A stretch of 64,000 bases of DNA from Lingula anatina (Eukaryota; Animalia; Brachiopoda), in the NCBI GenBank assembly GCA_051362555.1, contig CM120645.1:22196001-22260000 (forward strand). Reading direction: 5' to 3'. Below are positions 1 through 13,271 of the stretch, in pieces; position 1 is the first letter of the stretch; the number at the start of each line of letters is the position of its first letter. The notes under the pieces were generated by a model that was not told the origin of the DNA, made no database searches, and saw only the letters and a program-made list of their open reading frames with translations. The translations under genes were made by a program, and so were the position numbers.

Positions 1-2329
1 CGCTGGTGCAAGCTGTGTATAATCTTCCTTTATATCTAAAAGGTACGACACAAGGAGCACCATCGCTGGTCCCACCAGTTGTCTTAGCAACAGAACCTAA
101 AAAACAGGATAAGCTTGAACATGAGGTGGCTCATCTTCCGAAAACTTGCATCGACAAAGTTGCTAAACTTCAATGAAAATATTAGTTTCCCTCTCCAAAT
201 GGAATTACTACTTCATAAAAATGTATTTCACTTGACATACCTGGCGTTAAAAATGCATACTGTACACGCAGTCAACATCTACTTTTCATGTAACACACGT
301 ATAATATATATATCTTAGGATTTGCAATACAATTTCATGCACATTTATGTAAATAAAAGTTCCGTTTTAATTTCCCTTTTTCCCCCAAACAAATTTTACC
401 TAGACAAATCCCCCACTGTCCGTCCTTGTCATAACTATCTGTTGTTGCACACCAAGGATGATGATAGTTGTCTGTAATACAGGTAGTTTTACTGTTTCCC
501 CGGTACGTGAATGGAAACTGACACACCTTGCCATTGGCATTCCCACCAAATGTTTTGATCTTATCTGGAACATATCCAAACAAACAAAGTACATCAAGAA
601 CAAAAACGTTTACAAACAGCCTACTACTAAAGTTGTAGAGGCAAAATCATGAGACCCAGGGAAAGGTGGTGGAAAGGTGTCAATTATATCATGTGGAAAT
701 TTCAAAACTGTGGCTCTTTGGCCACCATGGCCAACCACCTCCATGTGACGATATGGAAGCACGCGTACAAAATATCAGAAACTTCTTCCAGTCCATTACT
801 TCTCAGCTAGACCCCCTCAGATGAGATAGACTTTCTTGCTGTTGGCATTCTTTCACAGTAATAACTCACAGTTAAACAGGAGGAAAGATCTTCTTTTAAC
901 GTAAGTAAGTTTTCAGGCTCTGATAACATACCAAATTCGATACTTTAAGACTTTACTGAAATTCTCGGTGCTCTGATATGTGCAATCTGGAACAATGCTG
1001 TCAAAGAAAGTTACCAACAATTTGGAATTGTGGCAATGTAGTGCCACTACCCAAATGTAAAACAGCAGTGGAGGACAGTTTACCAGTGTAGAAAATGACT
1101 TAAGGACTGTATCCCTAACAATTAACCTAAGCAAGGAGTTGGAAGCATTCATTTTCACATGGCTGTGGAATATATTAGGCCCACATATTAAGTAAGACCA
1201 GTTTGGCAACATAACACAAAATCATCTGAATAATCATCTTCTTATAACCGTACATACCCATTTTTATTTCACAAATAAAAGGATTTTTCTCGGTACAACT
1301 CGCGTCATTGAGTCCTCCTTCACCCTTTTGTATGAATTGCATGCATCCTTCTGGTCCTCTGTGGTCATTTGGTTCGCCAGGAAGCCAAAGATTTCGGTCC
1401 ACTGTTCCACCCGTGCTGTTCCAATACCAACTTCCCGTCTCAGGGCGGAGTTCGAATGCATCTACCCAGAAATTGCCGAATCCTGATAAAAAAAAGTATT
1501 ACAACACTGGTACAAGACGGGTAAAGGTTTCAGTATACCAGTGAAATAATAAAAATATCAATTGTACAAGCAAACCAGTTAGGGGACGAGTCGTTGCAGT
1601 ATTCGCAGGTTTCACATTTAAAAGACAATTTTAATTAACATGGTTGTATTCGGCAAGTATTGCCAATTTCAGAACACCAAATGATGCTGATTACAAGCAT
1701 TGTGAGAGTGTGTGTGCTGTATTTTAATACTATTAAAATAGTTTGAGGCATAACCAGATTTATTTTTAATTTCATCATATTTTTTGGAATTAGATACTGG
1801 TATGATTAGAGAATTTTGCAAAATGTTCTCAAATATATTTCGAAGAGCTCACTCTCCAGTAAACAAAAAATGCTGAAGAGTATGCGCTACAGTAAACAAA
1901 GGAAATCAACATCTACTGTAGTCATCTCGCTGCAAGTAGGCTTGCTACTTAAATGTATTCTTTTTGTTTTCTTTTTCTCTCCTTTGCACCACAAAAATGC
2001 TCAAAATCTGCAATATAAATTCACCAAAGAAGAAAACTTTCGATCGAACCTTAAAAAACACACGTACCGTTTTTCTTCAAAAAGCCCAAGACAGCATCTC
2101 GTTTTCTTATATTATCAATAACAGCCAGACTGCCACCCTCGCTTTGGCATAGTTTCCTCGCCTCGAACCATGTTCTTGTTTGTCTATAGAAACGCAAGCA
2201 CATCCCCATACCACCGACGGCCGAATACCCATCGTTGCAGCCACCAGTACTTCGTCTTTGCACCGAAGCGAAACAGAGATGGGCAACAAATATCCATACG
2301 GTAGCTAACGAATAAAAACGACCCATCAT
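1..2329 (-). CDS. Secreted C-type lectin domain + tandem fibronectin type II domain protein (5' part; runs off the window start)
   Basis: Exons 2068-2329 (signal peptide MMGRFYSLATVWIFVAHLCFA, CTLD start ..TWFEARKLCQSEGGSLAVID), 1258-1482 (FWVD..WYW..WLPGEPND..EGC..LNDASC..FICE), 400-564 (FN2: GGNANGKVCQFPFTYRG..C..PWCATTDSYDKDGQWGIC), 1-96 (second FN2: GGTSDGAPCVVPFRYKGRLYTACT). All introns are GT-AG and phase 1. Confidence 0.88.
950..1170 (+). mobile_element. Possible decayed hAT (Charlie/Buster-like) transposase C-terminal fragment in an intron
   Basis: A stop-interrupted frame reads SVENDLRTVSLTIN, resembling the hAT dimerisation-region motif VENDLR. Weak; boundaries are approximate. Confidence 0.25.
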
Positions 2330-2571
2330 ACGGGCCTAAAACCACGTGTTTACCGGTATATTTCTTGCTGATGATCGCTTACTGTATGTCATATACCTTT
2401 ATGCGGAGAACCTTGGAGAGTACACATATAAAGGGAGTTGATAAGCTATGTGTTTGCATAAACCACGTGCACTTGATGGTTTTTAAAGCGAAGACAATCA
2501 GTATCACTATAACCACTGATTTTTCACCTGTACCTTTTGCATCTATTTTAATGATAAAAACCTAGGCTTAA

Positions 2572-2596
2572 TATTATTATTATTATTATTATTATT
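2572..2596. repeat. (TAT)n microsatellite
   Basis: Direct TAT repeats; a similar tract lies at about 15218-15247. Confidence 0.85.
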
Positions 2597-4475
2597 TGTG
2601 GTTTTTGTTTGTAATAATCTAGCACATTTTGGCTTCAACGACTTATGCAAAAAAATCACTCATGAATGATTTTGAAATAGGAATGCGCACTTTAAACAAT
2701 TACAAAAAGATAAGTATTTATTACTGATCTTGCTGGTCAGCATGAAGTATCCAGCTGAATATTAAAAACAAACGGACCGACATGGTCGACGTTAATGGCC
2801 AGGAAACAAGTTTATTATCTGAACAGTACTGGTGTACTGTATGTGAACCAAATGACTTCCATGCATGCCACCTCACAGTTCGACATGTGACTGTCCCCGT
2901 TGTGTCCTTGACGGAACTGACCACCAGGTTATCACGTGAAGGATGTTTGCAGCAACAGTATCAGAGTATGTCAACTGCAGGTGTATGTCAACATTATATT
3001 ATACTACCGCAGCCTCCAGCACCCTGCACCCTGCATCTTCTCAACAGTTTGGCCGGTAACTAAATGCAAGATATTTACAAATAATAGAATAATTCCGAAT
3101 ATTTCTATCATTTACTTATTTATTTATCTATTTATTTATATCATTCTGTGATATGCGCCCACATTCCCTACGGTCCGTGAGGTAAGGTTTTAGACAAATG
3201 CATGTTCGACTACCTTAGAATGAGACCCCTTTCTCCCCAACTTCTGCAACGTGTTGGAAAGGAGGCTGTTACATGTATTTGGGACTCTCTACCTACCACA
3301 ATACATGTGATTCTGGGGTATTACAGCTTTGAAACTATCAAGTGCACATACCTGTACGTTTTTTTTATTATTTATTTAAAAAAAGGCAAAAATGTGAGCT
3401 ACCAGTAAAACTAAGCATTCCAATCACAAATATGGCTCTGCCTACGACACCCCTCTTTGGAGCAGATGTAGCTCAACCTTCCATTGGTAAGTTATATAAA
3501 AACACAATTTTATTAAGATTATAATACCACATCAAAGGCGATATAGCGTCCTGATCATTAGAATGTCGCCTGCGTTAAAATATTGGTAAATCGAGTAAAT
3601 GAAAAATTGCTATCCATATATAGATTATTTCATCTGGCAGGACCGTATTATCTTGTCTGAGTGTGTGTATTTCTGCGGGAGACCATGGCGATAATGGTCA
3701 GCTCAGTTTCCATCATGTAGTACGCAAGGACTAAGATACTGGCCGCGGAATGACCCACTATCAATTACCTTCACAGGGGAATACTGCACTGGAGTTGAAC
3801 GACAAACCGAATTCTGCTTCTCAGGACATGCAGTGTCATTTTGGGACACTTTATGGTTATCGCTCTTTTATCTGTATAAAGCGGTTTTATCTGTATTAAG
3901 TGGAAACAGTGTGTTATATAGTAAATGTTTGATGACATGAATGATTAAGTCCATTAATGCGGACAACACCTTTACCCCATCACGTGGCATCCGTAGTGCA
4001 CTGCTGTATGTCAAAATGGTTGCACAGTATCAGCGATACTTTAACATTCGTCATTTGGTTGACCTTAACTATACTGTCTGATTTAGTGTCACATGGTAAA
4101 TTCTAACCTGCCCTCTAATGGATAGAAGTGAGCCTACATACAACCACCATTTTGTCAAGCTGCCCAAAGTTGGCAAGGTGGGCGATGAAAATTCTAGCAG
4201 GTATAAATCTGCACCATGTGCAATATCTCTGGCTCCAATATTTAAAAATAAGCCACACATATACTATATCAAGTTCGATGTATTTTATTGATACAATTTT
4301 ATAGCATACAATTAATGTTGCTAAGTCAACTCTTCTGTATAAATCTACTGACAAACAGTTTGTTTGTACCGATTATATTGCCTCGAAATCTAAGAAATTA
4401 ATTGCTCAAGGTTCCTGTTGTCTACAGAGACAATTAAAACTGCTCTTATCCCCACATCACTTGACTGACAGCCGA

Positions 4476-4629
4476 TGTGACGAAAGTGAGCGTCCCTGTA
4501 ACAGAGAGTCCATCCTCCATTCAATTATATAGGTTAGGGTTAGCCTGACGTAAGTGGGTTAAAATCTGAGGCGAGGCTTTCCTGTACAAACGAACGGGAA
4601 GCGGACTCGCTGTCATGGGGGACGTCACA
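4476..4629 (-). mobile_element. Non-autonomous DNA transposon (MITE), Ginger-like
   Basis: Termini TGTGACG...CGTCACA flanked by CCGA/CCGG, with an internal GGTTAGGGTTAG motif. It is the reverse-complement homologue of the element at 18256-19742. TGT..ACA ends with a 4-bp CCGG-type target match Ginger1. Confidence 0.65.
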
Positions 4630-5489
4630 CCGGCCCTTTATCGACTGAATGTTAAAGGAGTAACTAAAAACAAGATTAAACTGCAGCTGGAACGAAACTG
4701 GGGGCACAAAAAATATGACTTGAGGTTCCATGCATAATATGCCTATCGTCAAAAGGGACACGGTACTTCCAAATTGCAGAATGTTATACTTTAAGTGACC
4801 GCGGGTTCAAGGAAACGAAGCATACCAGAACACAACAGTTTAATGACTATATTAAGATAACTGACCAAATCTAAGGGCTCATTCCCACTGTTCTACGTGG
4901 ATCGATCCAACTCTGTGGGACTCTTGCTGAGGATTTTTAAAAAAAATTATTTGAAAAATGTATTCCAGTAATCGTATGGGTCATATGACAAAGATTACTT
5001 CATGTACAGGTACAAGATAGTCACGGTCTTCCTACAAACATTTTACTTCTACCTCGAGCTTGAATCATATTGGCTAGATAAAAATTCCCGAAATACTGAC
5101 TTAAAGGGATAATAACTCTTCATATGAGATCTATATTTCACAATAAGAGCATTGTGAATAACTCATAGAAATATAATATATTCTGTTTTACCACAAAACC
5201 GGCAGTTATAGCTATTAGTCTGATATCTGAGCTTGTCTTTAAACGACGTAACCTCCATTGATGGCTATACTCTGTTAAAATCTCTTAAGAGATTTAAACA
5301 AAAAACCAAACTTTTTAGAAAAAAAACCAGGGACTAACTTTGAATGTAAAAATGGATTCATTAACCATTGGTAAGTATGAGAAAATTGTTGGTCACTCCA
5401 GGAAAATTCATTTTTTGGCCGAAACGAAGAGTTATTATCACTTTAAGTGAATCATCGGTCGTCTATAATGAAACTTCTCTCAGTGCTAC

Positions 5490-5726
5490 TTTTTACCTCC
5501 GCCAAGGAGGTTATGTTTTCACCCCTGTTTGTCTGTTTGTTTGTCTGCTTGCAATCAACATAACTCAAAAAGTTATGGACCGATTTTGATGAAATTTTCA
5601 GGAACTGTCAGAAGTGGGCCAAGAAAGAGATGGTTTATTTCTGGTGATGATCTGGATCAATAATCAATAATAATCAAAAATCGCTGCCTTGGCGGAGGTC
5701 TGCGCTCTCGGAGTGCTTTTCTAGTT
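5490..5726 (+). mobile_element. Helentron-associated non-autonomous element (HINE/DINE-1-like)
   Basis: Starts TTTTACCTCCGCCAAGG, contains a (GTTT/GTCT) microsatellite, an inverted sub-terminal copy CCTTGGCGGAGGT and a 3' stem-loop GCGCTCTCGGAGTGC, and ends CTAGTT. Confidence 0.75.
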
Positions 5727-6008
5727 GATATTGTTTAAGACAGTTACAATTCCCCACTAGAATTGTTAAATAAAGCTAGGTGTGAGAGAATCTTACACAA
5801 AAAGTAACATTCGGGGGAAGAAGCTGTAGTGTGACCTTGTTTACTACAACAGGCGCCACTGAAGTATTCATATTACTGTACATAGTAAAATACAGATATC
5901 CGTTTTTAACAAGACAAAAGAAGCGGTTTTGCATGACGCCATCATAATATTAAGTGTCTTTGGCAGCCCGCTGTCTGAAACTGCCTCTCTTTGGACCATG
6001 GTCTTCTG

Positions 6009-9000
6009 TTAGGCTCCAAGAAAGACCTCTTCCACCATTAGGAAGGTCCCAGACCGCCAACCGGTAAAAGCATCGTATCCAATATGTGAGGGACACTCGC
6101 CGACCACCAAAGCAATGATGACGTCACCGCGCCCGACTCCAAGACATATGCCATCGACTGAAAGCAACAAGCAACATTACTCATCGATGTGTTTTACCAT
6201 AAAAAATTACAATATGAACAAGACTATAGTCAATATGAAGTAATGGTAGTTACTAAAACGGTAACATATTAAATCAATACATTCATTCAATATTTTGTAT
6301 GCTCTCACCAATGCTAGGGAGATGCCAATTCACGTAAGTCCCGGTGTCAAAGTCATGCGTATATATGATATTTTCAATACTCCCAGGGTTAGAACACTGA
6401 GCCCCGTTAAATGTGACGGACCATTTGGCACATGTGTTGTTTACGTGATTCCGCAAGTTAACACTCCAAATGACATGGATTCCACTGGAGTTTGACTTTT
6501 TGTTGTAGGTCATAGACTGGAAAGATAACACGAAATTGTGAGCGATACAAACAAACTCTTTCAATTAAAATCAAGGGTAATCATTTGCTTTCAGTAAGTG
6601 TAAGCTATGAATCCTGCAATTTCTCCCAAAGTTACAAAAATAGAGTCCTCAAACAACAGCTCATATCTAACTAACTGCAATGAGCAAATTTTAATTGTGA
6701 TTTGATTTCAATGAAATAAGGAATAAAGAGGTACCAAGAGTGAATAGATCTGATACGTACCTGGATAACCCCTGTGTCGGCATTGTCGTACAAATTATAC
6801 CAGTAACCCTGTACGCGGTTATAGAACGGCAGGCGGATGGTGGTTCCATCGGCAGCAAGAACTGAAACACAAAAATGTCGATTAACGCAACATTATTCTA
6901 AAAAAACCAGTCAAGTCATTGTAACTTCGCAAACATCATTCTTTTCTCCACTATTCTGACTTTTAAACCCCATGCACTTTATGTGTTTTTAACCAGCAAA
7001 AAAGGACCGATCGAATCCTTGATCCAGCTGTTTAATTGAATTCATGACTGATTGACTGTATAATTGCATTAAGTGCCAAAAAGCAGGCGGGGGGACGTTT
7101 TCGTGATTGCACAATGTTCCCTTTCAGAGTTCCAACCTGCACTGATATCTTGTCCAAGTCTCGTCTCTTCCACTATAAGGTGCGTTGTGGTTTTCCAACC
7201 TACGAAAAAAAAAACATAATATTAAATAAAATTGTGTCTCTTTGTATGGTTTGGTTCTCTGTTATTAATCAAGATGGGCCTCCTGAACACGTGAACATTT
7301 TTCATGTGCTCACATAAGTATATAAAGCAGTGTTTCGTTTCTCCTCTTTATTATGATACGAAATGTGCCACGCAAAATAAACATTCTCATCAGCTGCCTA
7401 AGACGTGAATATAATATTCTATACACAATGAAAAAAATAAATGAACAACTGTACAAAAAAATGATGCTATTATAAGGTATTCTCAGAATAATTTATAGGC
7501 ATGATCGGGACATACCAGGAAATTTGCAATCAATAGGCTGTAAAAGTGACTGTAAAGATGTTATGCCAAAAGTAGCTATCAATTTGATGAAACCAGTATC
7601 TAAAGAGTTACCTGTCTGTGCATCGTAGGGCGGGTGACCAGAGCTTGTACAGTTTCCAACATGCAGCGTTATCACAGTGGTTCCAGAACCAATACCTTCA
7701 CATATCCCATTAACTGAAATGATCCACAAATCAACATTTGCTACCCTAGATACATGTTGCTCTGTTTATTCATGTTTTTTACAATTTTTAAATGCAGTAA
7801 CAATATCCTGGTTACAACAATCAACTTGCCTTCATTCGCATGTAATTATGTGTTTTGCGAGGTGACATTTTCGTTGTTTTCTTTCCAACAGACAACAAAT
7901 TGGTACAAAATAATATATTGCCCACATTTATAGCACCTTGGTGCATAATAGCACTTCAAGTTGAACTTATTTAACAGACATGAGATCATGCGATAAAATG
8001 AACAGAGTAACTGTATAAGATAAATATATTTGACATGTTCACTTGACACACCAGTATTAGAACTTACATGCAACGCCCCGCTTCACCTGAGGTATGTGAC
8101 CACCATTTACGTACATGACCCATTCTAGCGGCCCAGGATTGGAGCATTCCACGCCGTTAAATTTGAAATACCATCGACCACATTTGTAGTTGCCTTCCCC
8201 GTACAAAGTACCACTCCAGCGAACTCGCAAAGCGGTGTCAGCTGCCCGTTTTGCATAATGCGACGTCTGCCACATTATTGCAAAACATAAATATACCACT
8301 GTTATATGAGACTCAGTATCATCCACTTACCACAAGATAAACACATAAAAATGAATAAAGGGCTGGCATACAGGTATATCCCTAAACTGATTATGGTGTT
8401 TCGCTATTATCTTCCGTATTAATTTCATTTTACAGCTGTTACCAATATTGACAACCAATGAATATAGGAAAGTGTGTTCAGTTTGCAAAAAATGATTTAC
8501 ATCTTCTATGTACCGTGCACGTCCAGCTCTATAAAAAATACCACTCGAACGTTACTATCTTTAAAATGAGGTAAACATCTGTAATCGCCAGAGGAACACT
8601 TCCAAAAGTCACCCCGCAAGAAACAGGATGCCTTGTAGTCACCACGAAATAAATTGTTGCGAATCCAATATATGTTCATATGTTCTGAATTAAATCTACA
8701 ATTGGCACAGTTTTCAATTTTCATAGAAAATGTTCTCAACTGAACAAGACGTCGCCACAGATGTCAGTTATAGTTTTGACATAAGACTTACCGAATGTAC
8801 GTTTTCATCCCTTGTTTCCGTGTGAGAAACTGCAGCAAACTGTTGAATGTTAAAGGCCGTTTGAGACTCACACGTGGCTGAAAAATTCAATGTACTAGAT
8901 GTGACGTATAATACCGTTTCCCTTCAAAACAAAGTAAGATAGACATATAATGTTTAAAGAGCCAAACGACAATTACGTCGCACTTTTGTACCCAAGCAAA

Positions 9001-12000
9001 CATCTTCTAAATTAACAATATGTATATCAAAGACATTTCAAGCGTCTAATGCCAAATGGAATGGATATATTACATTAAAAATGTCACGTAAGACAAGTAT
9101 CCTACAAAGGCAGCTTTTATCACAGTAGATTGACTCGAACTAAAAATTCGAAAAGAAGTAGAAAAGAAAATTGCCGGCACAAAGAGACAAATTGTACGTA
9201 TACCCGATCCGGTGGTTTCCGCCACTTCTGCCATGATAATATATAACCTGGAGTTCCAACCTACATAGTTGTCGTGAACGGTTCCATCACAGTCTTTGTA
9301 TTCTAAGGCAATAGTTCTAGTCCCCATGCCGATCCCGTAGCAGATACCAAAAACTGATAAGAAATATGATTATAGGCTATACACGGTTGATATTTTATCA
9401 AATTTTAATTTTTTACCATTAAACTAGAAATAGCACTCAGATAGTGGAGACCTCCCTCAAGGTAAGCCTGTTCTTCTCCTTATTAATTAATAACTAATGA
9501 TAAATCAAACCATAAATGCAGAGTAAAATTATGTTAGAAATATTATATTTTCATTCGAGCGATATGCCAGATAACAGCGAGCATCTACGACCGAAATTCA
9601 AATCATAAAATGCTCTGGGGTTATACGTATAAGTTATATACCGAGAAAAATTTACTTAAGCCGAATAAAGCTTATATTCATCGCAACAGCCACATAACAT
9701 ATCTATAGGCATGTGTCTGTTGACTCGTGTTGATATTGATTGTGCTAATTGTAATATATTGCTGCGGGCGAAAATAAAAATAATTTAGATGTACCCCCCC
9801 CCCCACACACACACACACACACAAAATATTATACACGTTGCAGGTTTCATCAGCCTCGACTAAATATTAATTGCCTCATTTCGGACCTTTGTGAAATAAC
9901 CTGAAAATTTCATTTACAGCTGTCCAAAACTTTTTGCATAATGTTGCCAACAGAAAAACGCTACCACCAAACACATGACATCCTTGGCGGAGGTAACGGT
10001 AATAACTGTGATCACATATTAGCATACGTAGATTAGATGTAAACTAAACAAAAGAAACTCACACTCCACATGATGAAGACGATTTCTTCTGTTGGCGTGG
10101 TACTCTGCATAGTCAATGGGGTAGGGGTTTGAACACTCAACGCCATCTATTGTGAAAGTCCAAGCTGTACAGCATCCTGTACAGTTAAAAGCTGCTCTCA
10201 GCGCTCCACTCCAAAGCAGATATAAACCGCTGGCATCTTTCGTCTTTGTGTAGGAAGTGCTCTGAGGCACCATAAAAAGCAATCACTTAATTCCGTTCGG
10301 AGACAAACTCGTGAAATAAATATAAGCACTAGCAAAAAATAAAGTGTCGCCCCTACTGTACTGATGTGCAATGCACGCGAGGAGCCAAAACGTTTTGTTA
10401 AGTTTGTGGAGTGATGGCGTTCCACATAGAGTGCTAAGATAGTATGAGATCATTCATTTTGTTTGCAGGGCTACCCCACAGACGCCTAAGGTGCATTCTA
10501 CAATCGAGAGGATACTGCACAAAAATCTAAAAATGCATATTTGACACTGCACAAAATACTAAAATGCATATTAGATTTTTTACTATAGTTAACTGATTCA
10601 TTGTTTGTAGAAGCAGTTACATTTTGTGAAAAAAATCCTTTTAAAAGCTGAATAAAAAATATTGGTTTATGACATGATTTTCTCAGTCATTTTACGCAAA
10701 TTGCACTAGGGGTGACACTTCTTTTACTAGGGAAGTATACATATGTTGCTGTTTACATGCATTTACAACATTAAATATACGTTTATGACGGGGAAATTTT
10801 TGCGGTGACATACCATCAATAAGTATCTTAAACCCGATTTTAAAAGTAAATATGCATTATAGAGACGTGAGCTTACAATGATAACACCAGAGTCTTGATC
10901 GTACTGGGAGATACCTGACCATTGATGGATATTGAACATCGGTGTCTCATCACAGTCTGTTGAGTCTCCTGAAATAAGTGAATTCATATTTAGATCAATG
11001 TGAATGCCTTCATTGAGCTGTATCCGAAAAAAAAATGTAAGAATAACAAATCCACCAGCCTAATGCATATACTGACTTGTAATCTAACATGGCAATTTTT
11101 TTTTTAATGTTCATTTATTTTTTCTACTTTTCTGACTTATAAATAAAACAAGGATTTGATAATTCTTTTAATCACTTTTAATACTTATACTTTATGACTT
11201 CAGTTTTTAAATTGAATTCACCGAATTAAGAAAAAAAATACATGGCTGAATCGTTGTCAAACAACAACCATTAAAAGCGTTATTAAGATCTGCATATTTT
11301 CCAAATTATCATCTGTTCAAGATTTAAAAGTTCCAAACAGAACGCTCATATCGGTTTCTAGTCACAACAACGGCCAGTGGTACGTCTGGCCTGATCTGGC
11401 TGCTACTACGGCTCTAAAGCGTCAAGGTATTCCTTCTGACAGGTTTTTTAGAGTAGAATAATATTACAACATCGATCGGAACTTGTCTAGTTTGGTTCAG
11501 ATTTGGCCCCAACGTGAATTCTGCAGAACATGAAGATGCTCCCACCTCCCCCAATGGGCTCTGGGTGCGACTTACGCTTAGCCGTAGGTCTCTGGTGCTG
11601 CAGTGGCGATAGCAAGACATCAATTAATAAAGTCAATGCCTTATATAACGCCCGCTGACTTCTTCGGCATCAAATGAAATCATTTGTATTTCAGGGCAAA
11701 TTTTCTGCGTAGTTGGATCATTAATGAAATGATTGTTGAGGTACTAAAGCCAATATTAGATGATAATGGGAATGCAAGTGTGTCATTTCATTAACGCAAT
11801 TTGAACGCAGGTGTCAAATATGATACGTTGTTTGCATATTTGAGATCTAAATTGATATCTAAATACTGTCATTGAATTTTCAATCAATGTTAAAACATTG
11901 GTGTAACACTGGAACAAATAATATTCAACAAAGCAAAGTTATTTGCGTTGATCTCAATTTGCAATTTCTGATTCAATTATTTTATTTTCCAGATAGTTCT

Positions 12001-13271
12001 TGAAACTAAAATCAAATTCATAGATGTGATATACCCCCCCCCCCCCCCGGATAAACAGGGCTGATAAATTTTGATGTTATGTATTTTTAATGCAGTTGTA
12101 CATAATATTGAGTTTAATTTGTCAGTTTAAAAAATATAACGATAACAATACTTTAAAAAAAATGCACTTCATACCATTAAAATTACAAGTTATTTATGTT
12201 CCTGTAAGTTGTTAGAGTATTTATGGCAAGGAGCACATCTTGGCGGAAAGAATACACGAACACCTACCCAGACAAAAAGGTTCATTGAGATCGCAGTCTT
12301 CTCTACATCGGCCAGGTACGAGGCACGGGGAGCCATTACAAACTGTCAGATTACTCTCTAGATCAAGATCAGTCTGTAAGGAAATAAACGAATTAAATAT
12401 TAATGAATACCCTGACAGGGAAACATAAACTTAAATAATCGTCCTTTTTTCTACAAATTTTGTAAATAGCACTATGTACATGTGCATGTACCTTCATAGC
12501 TTACTCAAATGCCGTCTCCCACTCTCTCTCCCTCTCTCTCTCTCTCACTCTCTCTCTCGGATGACTTAATGGTTAGGGTAGCCTCCTCTGGTGTGGCCCA
12601 GAACAACTTTAGCCTGCTGCCTCCTCGCTCGCCACTGGGCCCAGCACATACAAATATAGGGGGCGGCTCGGGCTGAATCAGGGTTAACTAGCAGTGGAGG
12701 TTAATTTTGGTAGTTTCCAGCTTTCAGCAGACTCATACAGCAGCTAGGATGTATCATCCCATAGGAGACTATGAACGTCTCCAGATTGCTATAGACTGAT
12801 TGACGTCCAAAGAATATAGGCCAGGAACACTGTGATATGTTGTAAACCGCACTGACACTAATACGGAAAATAAGAACCAGACTATATACGCAATCATGTA
12901 AACATGTGTAAATGAAAATTCATAGATAGAAATATACTTACAGCTTTTGGGACAACATTGGTTAGCAGTCCGACAGACAATGTATTCCCAAACGCTGGCG
13001 AATATTGTATTTCATCAAACATGTAGCAAACCCTGGTTTGACTGTGGTAGAATACAGAGACACAATCTGGTGACATTTTACACTGGATGATACATTCTAT
13101 GTTGCTGCGCGCTTCCGTCGTGGCAAGAACGGTAGTGACATCGTAGTCTGAAGACACTTGCTTCACGTCCATGTGTGTCGGAGACGGCAGACCTTGGCAC
13201 GTGTTGATAACTTCGGCTGCTGCTTGCGGTAATGCAACAAAGGCGATTCCAAAGGCAAGTAAGATAGTCAT
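6009..13271 (-). CDS. Secreted PAN/apple-like + Cys-rich + triple CTHRC1 C-terminal-domain protein, paralogue 1 (594 aa by my model)
   Basis: 12 exons: 12942-13271, 12268-12373, 10877-10968, 10063-10261, 9204-9353, 8792-8877, 8068-8266, 7612-7713, 7137-7199, 6761-6861, 6309-6516, 6009-6157. All GT-AG, phases consistent, 1785 nt open frame ending in TAA. Three repeats match the CTHRC1 pattern (K..S.L.V.WSG.LR..C..W.F.FNG.ECS.P.P.E / GIC.GIG.G...I.L.VG.C..DA.TGW.S..I..EE). Confidence 0.88.
9422..9996 (-). mobile_element. Second HINE/Helentron-type element, intronic, opposite orientation
   Basis: Begins AACTAG..GCACTC..GACCTCCCTCAAGG and ends CCTTGGCGGAGGTAA, the reverse complement of the ends of 5490-5726. 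Absent from the paralogous intron of copy 2. Confidence 0.65.
12517..12558. repeat. (CT)n microsatellite
   Basis: Imperfect CT dinucleotide run in intron 1; a (GA)n run also lies at about 32001-32040. Confidence 0.8.

Noticed and set aside
4532-4545. Telomere-like TTAGGG motif (also near 18354)
   Set aside because: Only about two units, internal to the MITE family; not an interstitial telomere.
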